Shown here: positions 45,952 through 58,800 of the stretch, one piece after another | How the letters are laid out: every line of letters begins with the position of its first letter | How positions within the stretch are numbered: the stretch's first letter is position 1 | Assembly: GCA_905178155.1 (NCBI GenBank) | Contig: CAJINV010000011.1 | Coordinates: forward strand, 953,982-1,017,981 | Direction: 5' to 3' | DNA length: 64,000 nucleotides | DNA from: Amoebophrya sp. A120 | Lineage: Eukaryota > Protista > Dinoflagellata | Notes under the pieces: generated by a model | What the model saw: the letters and a program-made list of their open reading frames with translations, nothing else | Database searches by the model: none | What the model was told of the DNA's origin: nothing | Made by a program: the position numbers and the translations under genes

Positions 45952-48900
45952 ATGGTAGGAAAAAACACGACGGCGCCCGAGGTGGCCTCGGCCATCCCGC
46001 GGGTGATCCCCCTCGCCGCGGGCGTCCAGGTGTGGGTCAAGGACGATGCCGAGGTCTACAAGCCTGGCGAGGTGTTGCGCGTCTTGCCCACCAAGAGCGC
46101 GAAGCCGACGAACAAGAACACATTAACCCGGTCGAACCTGACCAGCAGCACCGCTTTCTCACCCCGGTCCCGGGTGGCGAGCAGCGGAACAAACGCGTTA
46201 TCCTCGTCGCCCGCTCGCAACGGCATTTCCACGAAGCCCGATGAAGGGGTCGTGGAGGTCCGGGTGGGGTCGCAGACCATGGAGCTGCTCCCCTCCCAGC
46301 TCCTTCTGCGAAACGAGTTGAAGATGCAGCCGGACGGGATCAAGACGGTGGAAAACGTGGACCAGCTCCCCTTCCTGCACGAGGCGGCGCTGCTGCACAC
46401 GCTGCAGACCCGTTTGCACCAGGACTTAACCTACACCTACGCGGGCAACGTGCTGCTCTCCGTGCTGTCGAAAAGTAGCAAGACGCACACGGGGTACGAG
46501 GAAATGTCCAATTACATCCGGGACAACACGCGGGAGTGCGCGAACTCCAAGCCGCACATCTTCGGGCTGGCAATGGAGGCGTTTTACTCGATGTACAATA
46601 AGGGTGTGTCCCAGATGGTCATGTTTTCCGGCGAGCAGGGCTCGGGGAAGACGGAGAACGCAAAAGCAGTGCTCCGCTGCCTCACCTCGCTAAAACCCTC
46701 GGCGGTGGAGCAGGCTGCCGCCGGGGCTACCGCCACTACGACGAGCGTGATGGTCTCGCCCGTGATTACCCCTTCGATGACGTCCAGCGCAAACACGAAA
46801 AGAACCGCGGCGGTCACGGCTTTGCACGAGGCGGTGGAGCCGCTGCTGGAGGCCTTTGGGAACGCGTACACGGTCCGGAACCGGAACGGGTCGTGCTTCG
46901 GAAGTCTGACGGAATTGTTCTACAACATGAACAACCGGTCGCAGCTGGTCGGGGGAAAAATGGAAACGCTGTTCTTCCAGAAGGCGCGGGTGACGGAGCT
47001 GAACCAGGGCGAGCGGAATTTTCACATCTTTTACCAGTACACGAGTGCTTTACAGGCGTCTGCGAAGGATAACTACCGCTACCACTTCAAGGATTCCACT
47101 AGCAACAGCTGTGTGTACAAGTTCGTCCCCTTCGAGGGCGTGAAAAAGGCGGTTTTACCGAAAATGCTCTCGCAGGGCGGGCTGGTCAAGGTGAACGACG
47201 TGGACGACGCGGCGGACTTTGACGTGACCCTGCACGCGCTGCACTGTTTAGGGATCACCGTCGCGGAGCAAGAGTCCATGTTCCAGATTCTCACCGTCAT
47301 CGTGCTCCTCAGCTGCGTCGCGTCGGATGCGCCCGGCGTGCTGGGTATAGGGTTTTTTAGTAGATTTTTCGCTTCGAGCAACTCGAAGTTAGTATACCAC
47401 GGTAAAAAAAAACTCGTCAAGCTTGTTTCTTGTTCTGCTCTACAGAGATCATGCGTAAAAGAGTGACATTCAGTATGTACAAAAAAGATTACGTACACGT
47501 TATCAAAGATGAAACCAGTTGTAGGCTCCTTCTGAAGCCAGACGTTGTACTACTATCAGAATTCGATTAATTCCTCTTCTCCAAACCTCTCGACACCAGG
47601 TCCGGCCAAGAAAGTGGACGAGCGCGCGGTGGAAATGCGGCCTGCAGCTGGTTCGGCTGTTTTCGCACCCCTAAAAGCCAGAATAAGGCTTTTCGCACCA
47701 CCAAAAGCCTTATTCTGGCTTTTAGTGGTGTTTCAAGCGATCTACTGCGTCCAGCTGCACGCGCGCGCCTGCAGCGCCGCTGCGTGCGTACCCCACGAGG
47801 GCTCTCCGCGTCGAGCGTCGGCTTCCACTCGAGGAAGCCGACACTCTTTTATGGCGCGCAGCAGCACTCAGTCCTGGGACTGAGTGCTTCTAGCATCGAG
47901 CGCTATCTCGCGCGTAGAGTGCACCTCCGCGTCGCCGCGGCAGCACCTCTACATGCGAGCGCGCGCGCTTTTCATGGTTGGGGCCTGTGACGTCGCCCTC
48001 TTTCGAGAGCGACGACGCATTTTTGTGGAGGGCGCCACCGCCTAGCGGCAGCACACCTCACACTGCACACTGTGCCTGCGCGCGTTGGTGAAGTGCACCT
48101 CCGCGTGAGCGGCAGCACCTTCGCCAAGCGTAGCGCGCACCTCGTTGGAGTGCACCTCCGCTTTCGCGGCAGCACCTCCTCCGAGCACGGCCTGTCCCTC
48201 TGAGGAGTGCACCTCCGCGTGAGCGGCAGCACCTCCTCTGAGTGCGACAGTCGCGGCACCGAAGCCAGCGGAGTGCGATCCGCACCTCTGCAAAGTGCAC
48301 CTCTGCTTTCGCAGCAGCACCTGAGCAGAGTGCGGCGCTCATAGCACATCTGCAAAGTGCACCTCTGCTTTCGCAGCAGCACCTGAGCAGAGTGCTTGAC
48401 GCACATCCGTGCGGAGTGCAGTCTGCACAACCGTGGAGTGCACCTCTGCGTTGCAGCAGCACCTCCACGGAGCGCGTCATGCACCTCCGCGTGGGCCGGG
48501 GCGCCTCGACGCTCCCGTGCCCACGGCTTTCTCTTTTCTTTTGGGGGGATATGGATACCACACGGCGCGCGGGCCGTCTTGCTCTTTGTGTTTATTCCGA
48601 CATTGCCAGACCGTACAACACACGGGCAACGATCGAACGAGAAACCAAAAGGCCCGCACGTCGTTGCCCGGAGCGGTGTCGTCTCCGTTAGCTGGCAGCG
48701 CTTAACCTCATTTTGCTATTGATAGAGCTGATGGACGCAAAATATCAATTAATTCCTCTTCTCCAAACCTCTCGACACCAGGCCCGGCCAAGAAAGTGGA
48801 CGAGCGCGCGGTGGAGATGCGGCTCGGCGTCCTGGGTCGCATATCAAAAGGAAAAATCCCCCCTCCCCATATCGAAAACGAGATTTCTGATGCTGTATTT

Positions 48901-51900
48901 GAGTACACAAATCGACTTGTAATGCTAGAAGGCAAAGAGACGCAGCTTTGGCCTCGTTTGTAGGCAATTTGTCATGCTGTTTCCCACTTCCAGCTGCCCC
49001 CTGTCATGCTGAAGATGCAACGCTTTCCCACGCCAACCAGCACTATAGTCCGCATCTTTTCCCTTCTAGCATGACAAAGCTGATTTGTGACCACAAATCT
49101 GCATCGCAAATTTCTAGTTTGAGTATGGGGTGGGGGGATTTTCCTTTTTGATATCGCATCCTCGGCCTCCGCGACCTACCGAAGCTTGCCCACGTCTGCA
49201 ACAACTCGGGCGCGATCCACGCCCTGGGCCGGCTCTTGTACCAACAGTTGTGGGACTTCATCCTGCAGAAGGCGAACGAGGTGTTGCTGCAGGACCGGGT
49301 GGAGGTCGAGTCCAACCCGACGGATTTCGCCTCCGTGTCGGTCCTGGACATGTTCGGGTTCGAGTCGTTTAAGAAGAACAGTTTCGAGCAGTTCTGCACC
49401 AACTTTTCCACCGAGGTGCTGAACAAGTACATTTTCCAGGACGTGTATGCGAAAGAACGGTTATTCCAGACCCGGGAGGGCCTCCCAGTCGCGGTTTTGC
49501 CCCCGCAGAAGCTGCACCAGGACCACGCGGAGGCGGTCAATTTGATCCGCACCGGCGTGTTCCCCGTTTTGGAAGCACTGCAAAATGACGGGAAATTCGC
49601 CGCGGGGATGGCGGAAAAGGAACGGATGCTGAAGCTGGACAAGTTGTTCTGCCAGCGGCTAAGGACGCAGTTCGGGGCGGGAAAGAACCCGCGGTTCATG
49701 GAGAAGCGGCAGCAAACCGACACCTTCGCCATCAAACACTTCACGGCGGAGGTTGCTTACGCGGCGGCCGGGTTCAGCTGGAAAAACCAGGATCCGTACA
49801 CCGCGGAGTTGTACCAGTTCTTGAAAGAAGAATCGGAAAACCCGTTTTTGCAGAACCTCCTGCAGAACAACAGCGCGAAGCTGCTACAGCCCGCGACGAA
49901 ACTCTTACGGACGCAGGTAGACCGGGTGATGCGGCTGGTGGAGGGGTCGGAGCGCCACTTCTGCATCTGTTTAAAGCCGTCCAACAAGCGCGAGTCAAAC
50001 TCCGATTTATTCGCGCGCCCCTACGTGGCGGAGCAGCTGCGGATGCAGGGCGTTTTAGAGATCGTGAAGCTGAAGCGGGGCATGAACAAGTACAAGGTGC
50101 GGGTTGGACGTGCGCAGTTTCTGAAGGACTACGGGGGGTTGGTTCCGAAAAGAATATTGAATGAATTTATGTCCTCCGATAGTACAACACAATCTGTGGA
50201 GCACGCCTCCCGGCAGTTTTTCAACACCGTGGCGGAAAAGCACTCGGTCGTGAAGGACGCGATCAAAGCGGACGGGGAAAATTTTATTGGTTCCTCCACC
50301 GCCTTCCTCACCGAGCCCATGTACCGGGCGCTGCGGAAGATCACGAGTGGTTTGAACGACCAGGCGATCACGAAGCTCTGTGCCCGGTGGCGGGGGGCGT
50401 TGACACGGCGGAGGTACGTGTTTATCCGGAAGTCCATTGTCCGGATTCAGCGGTACGTCCGGGAGTACATGACTTTGAAAACGAAGAGGAAATTCCAGCA
50501 CCTTATCTGGCTCCTGCACGAGAAGGGAGATAAGCCGAAGGGACTCATGGCCATGGCGAGACAGGTAGAAGTTGCTTGTTTGCTGCTCAGAGTTTGTTGA
50601 TTTTTGTGTTTCGGAAATTTGCCTTGAGCACAGACATGTCGTGATGAATATTGTCAAAGCGTTCTTCATCTCTTGGAGCGGTTAGCACGTCGAGTAGACG
50701 CTGAGTATGTGCATTTCATCGATAACAAGTTGAAAAATTATAGGAGAACCACACTACTAGCATGTCGCAAGTAAAATCCATCAACCTAAAAAACTTTCAG
50801 ATGAAAGCGGACAAGGAGGCAGCTTCCGGCGAGAAGCCGGAGCTCCCGGCCCACGTGGTCGAGAAGCAGGAGGCCGCGGGCGAGCGCGCACGTTTGCAGC
50901 AGCAGAAGCTGGATCTGATGCACCATTTGCAGCGACTGAAGGAGTCTTCCGAGATCGCGGTCCCCTTCAGTTTCTACATCGAGGGCGACGAAATTGTGGA
51001 CAATGACGGCACCAACCGGCAGTCCGAGCAGTCCATGGTCAAGCAGCTCTACGCGGTGCAGCAGCAAATGGCCGACGCGATCGGCAGCAGCGGCGACGGC
51101 CGCATGCGCCAGTGCTGGGACCGGATGCAGGGGGTGCTGCAGCGGTTGGTCCTGGACGTGGAGGGCGGACCGAAGCGAACGCAGTATTTACTCGAAAAGC
51201 AGGAGCGGGACTGGAAACGGATGATGGAAAACGACCGGGAGCACTTTTTAGAAGTGGTCAAGCACAAATTAGGCGGCATCGTCGATCTAACCCCAGAAGA
51301 GGCAAAACGCCGCGCCAGACAGTCCATTACCAACATCGACATCGAGTTTTCCGTGTCCAAGTTGAAGAAAGATTTGGCGGAGATAACGGACGGGGTATCT
51401 GATGAGGAACGAGCGAAATTGCACACGGAAGAGCAGTTTCGTCACTTCAATTTTGACGAGTTGTCGCCCATCTGGACGGAACGGCTAGTGAGGAATCTGC
51501 GTAGGACGAAAAAACCGTTGGACGTTTTGATCATAGGCCCGAAAAACGTCGGGAAAACGGAGCTGGTGCGGAGGATGTACAAAACCTGCATGATGCCCAT
51601 GCCGCCGGCGTTTTTGAGTATAAGTTTTTAGGAATTTTTTTGGTGTTTGGATTCAGAGTTCTTTTTGTTAGTTTGACCTGAAAGGGATTGTTGGCACTCC
51701 TACTGTGCAAACAACTACACATGAATCATTCCACTTTCACTTTCACATCCCACTAAACTTCAGACCCGAAAACCGGAGAGGAATACACGTTCGCCACGCT
51801 GGGCGGCCGCGCCGAGAACAGCATCCGTGAGGACCCCGAGCATTTTCTGCCCGACCTAGTCCGCCATGATATGGATTTCGGTGGCGGCTTCAACCTGCGC

Positions 51901-54351
51901 ATCCTCGATTGCCACGCGAGGCTTTCCGAGTCCAGTCTTTACCGCAATTTATACGGCCAAGCGCATTGGGTTTTCATTGTGTACACGGTGACGAGGCAGG
52001 AATCCCTTACCTCCGCGTTGTCCCTTCTAAAAGAAGCGAAAAAGTTCAACAACAACGTGATGCTGCTTGGAAATTTAATTTTCGAGGCGGAAACGGTGAA
52101 GGCGACCTCCAGATCCGCGCAGCGCCGGGTCGCGTCGGAGTCCCGGGAGGTGAATCTGAATTACGTGAAGGCGCGCGCCGATAAGCACCAGGGCATCTGC
52201 ATGGAGACCAGCGACTTGCTGGTGGCGACGAAGCTAGCGGTCGAGTCCATGATGGCCCCGTCCGAAGTGGTGCAGTACGTGCCGTCCTTGAAAGAGGCCT
52301 GGGAATTGTCGGTGCAATCACCGCCAGCCCAGCGCCGGGAGGAGATGCGCAGCGTCGACGACGCCTATAAGAAAGATATCAGGGAACGCTTGCAAGGGGT
52401 ATACTTTTTTGCTAGATGAAAATGCTTTGCTTCTCGATAATTGTCGTGGGTACTCGTCTAATTGTTCACGCGAGGACTTGAGTGATAAGTAACGCAAGTG
52501 TAAGTGCTTCTTATGTTTTACAAACGTGAAATCTTGTGCTATCGAGAAAAATCTCTTTCTCAGGTGAAGGACACCACGCCGTCCCTGGAAGAGCACGAGG
52601 CCGAGAATTCCTACGTTCGCTATCCCATCGCGGAAGCGTACGACTACGGTTTTATGTCCCTGATTCCCCCGAAGGAGGACGTCGCACACAAGGAACTGTT
52701 GCAGAAGGCCCACGACCGGACGGAAAAGCAGAAACGGTTGAACTACCACGACGACGCGGAGGGGATGAATAAATTGAACAAAGACTACGAGGAAGAGGAT
52801 TACGATGCGGGACAGGACAGGGATTTAATCCTCGTCGAGAAGAGGAAACCAAAAGTACCATCCGCCGTTACCTGTATCCAGTTCGGGTTGGAAAATCGGG
52901 TGAAAACATTTTCCTTCTTGGTCGTCGGCTACAAGGACGGGCACTTGGCGCTGTACCGCATGAACCACACGCAGACGGATTACGAGTTGATCCATATGGC
53001 GTCTGAACAAGAAGTGGGTGTGGAGGAGACCACGGATTACATGCGGTTGGTGCAGGCGACCAGCAAGCAGGTGAACAAGGACCAGGGGCTGTTTACCCAT
53101 GTGTCCACCTGGAAGGCGCACCAGTCCGCGATCACGTCTGTAGTGTTCACCTCGACAGAACAGCGGTTAATCTCCACCTCCACCGATAGGACCATGCGGA
53201 TGTGGAATCTAGAGACCGGCCACGACCATTTCGTACAGCACGGCCACCCACATTTGCAGTTCGCCGCGGAAGACGCGTATCCCATTTCCTGCGTCGCCAC
53301 CATCCCGGCGTTTCCGCAGTTGTATGTTTTAGCGAATGCCTCTGGGAACCTGCGTGTCGGGGATTATCTAGCGGGGTCGATTATCCAAAAATTTTCGCAC
53401 AACGAAGAGATCCGCTGTCTGCAGATCGACCATAGACAGGGCAACTACATGTTCGGCGGCACGAAGTACGGCGAGGTCTTTGTGATCGACTGCGAGCGGC
53501 CGACGGATTTTAAATTTTTACCCAATCTGTCGATTAGACTGAACCAGCACTGGCAGGGGTGCACGGACATGAAGTTCGGCTCGCTGCAGACCATCGGGTC
53601 CCAGCCAGAGTACTCGAAAGAGAACGAGTTTGGGTGGCAAGACTTGTTGGTCGTGAACTGTGCGGACAATTCCGTCGTGACGTTACAAGTCACGTTTGAG
53701 CGCGACTATAACCGCATTTTGACCATGACAGTTCTCCATCGGTACCCGAACTTGCAAACGGTGTTGCCGTTGAAATCTTGCTTTTCCAACCACGGATACA
53801 TCTTAACCGCGGGCGAGGACCGACACGTGCACGTCCACACGATCCACAACCCAAGACACGTGTGCAGCTTACTACACGACGAGCCAACCGTCGCGGTCGA
53901 TTTAAATCGGTCGCACACCATCCTCGCCTCCGGGGATGTCGAGGGCAACATCTACATCTGGCGGTGCTACGAGAAGCCCGGGGATAGCAGCGACGACCTA
54001 GAGCCAAATAGCGGCGATTTCGAGCCGGGGTCGCAGGGCACGGAAGGGAGCGAGTACGCGCGAGGACCATCAATGCGGAAATCGCGAGGCAGTGATAGTA
54101 TGTCAGTGGGTGTTAAGGGCGGAGACGGGATGGCGTCCATGCGACAGCAGGGCTTCGGGTCCGCCGCCGAGGCGGTGGACGACGATAGCGATATGCCGGC
54201 TGGGAACTTCCGCAACAGCGCGTCTATGAACGAGCCGGGCACAATGGGGGCACCCGCGTTCGGGAGAGTCGCTTCCGGTTCCGTTAGTGGTGGAAACAAG
54301 TCCAGCACGACGAAAAAAAGCAGTGGCTCCAGCTCGTCTAGCAGCGGGTAG
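45952..54351 (+). CDS. Unconventional myosin: SH3-like N-terminus, divergent motor, IQ motifs, coiled coil, Ras-like P-loop domain, WD40 propeller (MyoF/class XXII-like tail); exons 45952-47344, 48782-48841, 49159-50564, 50801-51617, 51764-52398, 52564-54351 (2032 aa)
   Basis: Motor motifs LHEAALLHTL, PHIF, GEQGSGKTE, LEAFGNA, ERNFHIFY, LDMFGFE, FEQFCTN, HFCICLKP, EQLRMQGVLE. IQ-like LCARWRG and IQRYVR. GPKNVGKT P-loop. WD motifs (AHQSAITSV...DRTMRMWN, SGDVEGNIYIWR). Four GT-AG introns plus one introner give 6099 nt in frame. Confidence 0.88.
47642..48747. mobile_element. 1.1-kb non-coding insertion with a subterminal hairpin and an internal minisatellite, flanked by 76-bp direct repeats
   Basis: Direct repeats 47566-47641 and 48748-48823 (2 mismatches); 23-bp perfect hairpin 47671-47725; about 8 copies of gtgcacctc(c/t)gc......(g/a)gcagcacct at ~47918-48490. 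Confidence 0.8.
48842..49153. mobile_element. Inverted-repeat introner with long TIR, TSD TCGCA
   Basis: tatcaaaaggaaaaatcccccc... / ...ggggggattttcctttttgata; TCGCA at 48837-48841 and 49154-49158; restores the myosin frame GRILGLRD. Confidence 0.9.
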
Positions 54352-55821
54352 AGGTGCTGTTGGGTCGTAGATAGGTGGAGGTGACGAATAGGATTTTTTT
54401 CAAAATTTACATTTTCGTGTATGGAAACTTCGAGTGCATGGTTTGATAGTAAGCCTCACATTTCGCTTTTTGTCATAACATTTTCACAGGCAAAAAGACC
54501 GATTGTTACACTAATTCAAATACTCTGAATCTGATTTTTTTGGTTTTCTTTCTTTTAGCAGATGACATCACAGGATCACTAACACTATCTAGTTGGAAAT
54601 TTCTTGTACACAACTTTTTTCTCTCTGTATGATATCTTTTGCATTTGGCAGACCGGTTTAGAAAGACCCCAAAAGGCTTTATCGTTTCAAAGTTAAAGTG
54701 CTTACTCTTCCAAGAATGTCTCGCATTATCGTCGTTTGAACTTTCCTTTTATTCATAACATACACTATTTTAGAAAACACTTGTAAGTTAGAATTTGAAC
54801 ACAGTAAATTTGGCTCGCGGTTTTAGTTGAAATACTCGTAAAATGTTTTGAAACGCATAAGTGCACTGTACAACACGCGAAAGCTACCCCCGAATTTTAG
54901 AAAAGACCCCCATATTAGACTAGGAAATTCCACCCACCTTGTCCCGCTAGGTACATTACCCTGTACAACTACAACGTCAAGCGCAAAATGAGATTTTTGG
55001 ACAACGACAAACGCCTGTACTTGACACTTGGGAAAACAAAGATTCTCTACAAAAATTACAGTGGTGCCCAGCCCGTTGGTGGCTCTATGTAACAAATTTT
55101 CCTGGTGTTTTCCCTACTCGCCTTAGCTTTGCGTTGCAGCGTCGCGTTTCATGATGTGCAATAAGCGCACAAGTGGATGTATGATCATGATCATCAAGAG
55201 CATTTCTCATGCGCATGACGACGGAAGATCAAACACACGTAGTTCACGAACAAGTAGATCTTTCCCCTTCGTTGAGATCACGCGTAGCAGCGTGCGTTTA
55301 TTTCTGCGAGGATCAACATCATCTCTTGCTCTTGCGTGCAGCGATGCTCGATACAGGATCGTGTTGCGAACAGCAGGCACAACCAAGAACTTCAACTTCA
55401 TTTATCTTGGCATGCGCATCCTTGTCCTTCTCTTTGAAGTCAGCGACGGTAAAAAGTGTTTTGCCGTAGCACCTCCCGTTTTTTGAAAATTTTGAGTTTT
55501 GATTGAAAAAATAGGCAACCGCAAAGAGCAAGCTTCCTGGTACGCACCGCGCCATATTACAACTAGGTACACGACTGGGAATAGATGCCATTGACCGAAC
55601 AAGGTCACCAATGTTATTAACGAAAGATAAGAAACAAAGGAAAGTAGACAGGAAGCAAGTCGTCCCCCGTAGCAAGCACTCACATTATCGTGAAAAATCG
55701 ATACGAGTGGCTGGTGTGTATGAAAACGAAACTCTACTACATGAACGAAAACGTATCTTCTGAACAGTCAAAAATTTTTTAATTCGAGCCCGGTTCACGA
55801 CTGGTCTTTCATGAAATCAGG

Positions 55822-58800
55822 ATGTTGCCGTCTCTGAAGAAACTCGCAAAAAAATCGTCCCTCCTCACCCGGCTCGTCTTGGCGGCCAGTGTTTTGGTGA
55901 GGGGCACCGGAGCCAACGATGACTCACAAGTGAGCACCGTGATAGATGGCGAAAACCCAGAAGGAGGTCCTCCTCCTACCGCCGCCGGAGATCCAACGCC
56001 GAAAAGCACGCTCAGCGAAACTGCAGCAGAGGTACCAGCTGCTGTGGGTGAATCAATGCTGCCCGAGGCTAAAGCTGCAGCAGCGGCGGCAGTACTTTCA
56101 GGTAAGTAGGTATTGCGAGTCGACAACTACGAGGCTGTGATTGCTCTTTCAGTTCTTTTTCTGAGAACAGCCTGCCTATCGAACAAGAAGACACTCATGA
56201 TATAAGAATACCAAAATCTTCCTTACTAGGTGCCACCCCGCAGCGGAGCACCAGTGAGCGCGGCAATCGCTTGTCACAGCACGAAGAGGTGGACAGCATA
56301 GTCCCTTCACCTGCTCCTTTCCGCCGCCTGCCTTCCTCCCAATTCGCGTATTTTTCGCAAGATCGCCAGCCCGACACATTCGGTTCTTCCCTTGCCCTCC
56401 CGCCACTAAGCACAACTACTAGGGGACCACCTCCATTCTCTCTACGACAGAGGTCGGGCTCCAACGCGTCCCTTGGGAGCTTCCCCTCGTTAAACCCCGA
56501 CGACCCGGTGGAAACGCGATCGCAGCGCTGGGCCCGACTCGCAAACGAACCACTTCCGTACGCGACAAAGGACCGGTATTCGGAAATGGAGTTGAATAGT
56601 CTCATGTACGCGCCTTTCTCCGACGGAGCAGGCGGCGGAAGCGCAGAACCAGGCGCAGCGTCGTTGCGAATGCAGCGAGCAGACCTGGAGGACGTGTCGA
56701 CCCCTGCGGGACCAGGCGCTGCTGTAACCCGGCAGGCGAGCGCGTTTGCTTTGTTGGATGGGCTGCGCTATGCGACAGAACCGCGGGAAGAGGAACTACG
56801 AATGCGACGTCCTTTCGTTGCGGAGGTGAGTGGGCAGGTATGCGTATGACTATGATCTGCAGTTTTACATAAAATGAAAAGGTGTGCCGGTGGTGCTCGG
56901 CGTCCAAAATGAACAAAACGTAATTCTCAACCAAAAAACTGAACAGCGCCCTTGTTCCCCAGCCCCCGGCACTACGACCGAACCAAACGCAAGCCCTTTC
57001 TCCACCTGGCGCGAGCGGAACCAAAAATCTTTCGAAGAGCGGGAAGAAATACTCAACCGGTTCCGTGAGCACCTCGAAAAGACCGAGGACGCGCAGATTT
57101 CGCAGGCGCTGGCGGTGCAGAAATTGGGCCAATCCGGCCGGCGGTTGCTCGGGGACGCGCTGTGGGACCGTTTGAATGTGGCGGTGTGGCGCCAGGACAT
57201 GGGGGAAATACGCGAAGGAGGGGACTCGCCGTTTCTTCTGACCACGGATGAGCTCGCACAGATTCCGGGAAGCGAGGAGCGCGAAATGGCCGCGGAAGTG
57301 GGAAAAATGATTTTGTTGAAGCGGGGGAAGAGTGATGAATCAATTACCGTATCGTCATCGCAGGTGGGAGAGGGAGTAGATGATGTTCAGCACCAAACGT
57401 CGCAACCGCAAATCGAAGAAAGAACTACAGGTGGGTCGTTATTCCGCCGTGAAAATCATCATCAACATCATTTCTTGGGCACGACCGGGACCTCCACTGA
57501 AGAGCTGCACTTTTCTTCAAATTTTAAGCGCCTCGATCCCAGAACTGTGTTTCGTGAGGTCGTGGAAGAAATTTTCCGCAAGGAAGGGGTGTTGACAACC
57601 GCTGCTCCCGCTGTCATTTCAACATCTGAATCTGTCGCACGAGGACCTGAGGTGGCTGTAGAGCTGCGTACTAGTGGCGTTACTCCGCAGCCTGTGGAAC
57701 GAACGGAAACAAGAGCTGCTTGTACACCGACTCCAGAAAGTCTTCTGCGGCCGTACCTCCCTCAGACCCAAGGAGCCCCACCGCGGCCCACAGATGATCA
57801 ACAACATGATCTTCACGACGACCGAAACACCATCTTATTCCGTGCCCCGCAGGCCAAGGGCGTTCCGAAAAACGGCCAGGCGATCGTGGTGCACGACTCG
57901 GATATTTCCCAACAAGACTTGGCAAATGCAAATGGCGGGCCGGACGAGGTGGATGGCGACCACGTGGTTTCGTGGGTAAAAGTGCGGTTGTCGGATACCA
58001 GCGAATCGGAGGACGGCCGGGGGTCCGTTTTGACCGTTGGAGAAAGGGTGGATGAAGATCATGATCCTACTTCGAGCGCGGACGGGAATTCTCATTCCGG
58101 CAAGGAAGAGGAGGAGCGGGTGGTCGACGAAACGGTGATGCCAGAAACGCAACTGCTGCACCAGCACGATGATCAAGATAAAGATTCCGAGGCTTTTGAT
58201 CCGCGGCAAGTGGCTCACCTCCAGGACGACCCTCTGTTGGGACTACTGGATCAGCATCAAGGTCAAGCTCGATCTCGGTCTCGCTCAACGCGCCGGTCAC
58301 CAGGTCGTGGACAAGGTGATGGACCCCCATCCAGTACTCCGACACCTAGTCCCGACTTGTTCGATGGCGATGTGGAAGACAACAGTCATCGACCTTACCG
58401 CCCGATCATGAAACGCCGGAGGTACTGGCATCAGATCAACGTTTTGGGCGGAGATCAGGCGGGGGGAACTTCTAGTTCCTCCGGTGGCGGGAAAAATGGA
58501 CAGTCTGCTGCTGGTCCTGTTCCTGCAGGAGGTAGTTCAAGCGCAGATGCGAAATTCCCGTCTCCCTTCTCCCCTCCTTCGTCTTCGGGCAACGCATCGT
58601 CTTCGTCGCAGCACTTTTCATCCCCCGCACCGATCTCGGCCAGCAGTGCGGCCAGCTTTCATTTCACGCCACCAGCAATTATACCGTATCCCAAAACGAT
58701 CTCGGCAGTTTTTCCTGACTTACGAAACATGTCCCCCCCACCGCACCGGGATCATGTAGTTCCGATGAGCGCAGCTGGCGCTGCCGCTGCTGCGCATGGT

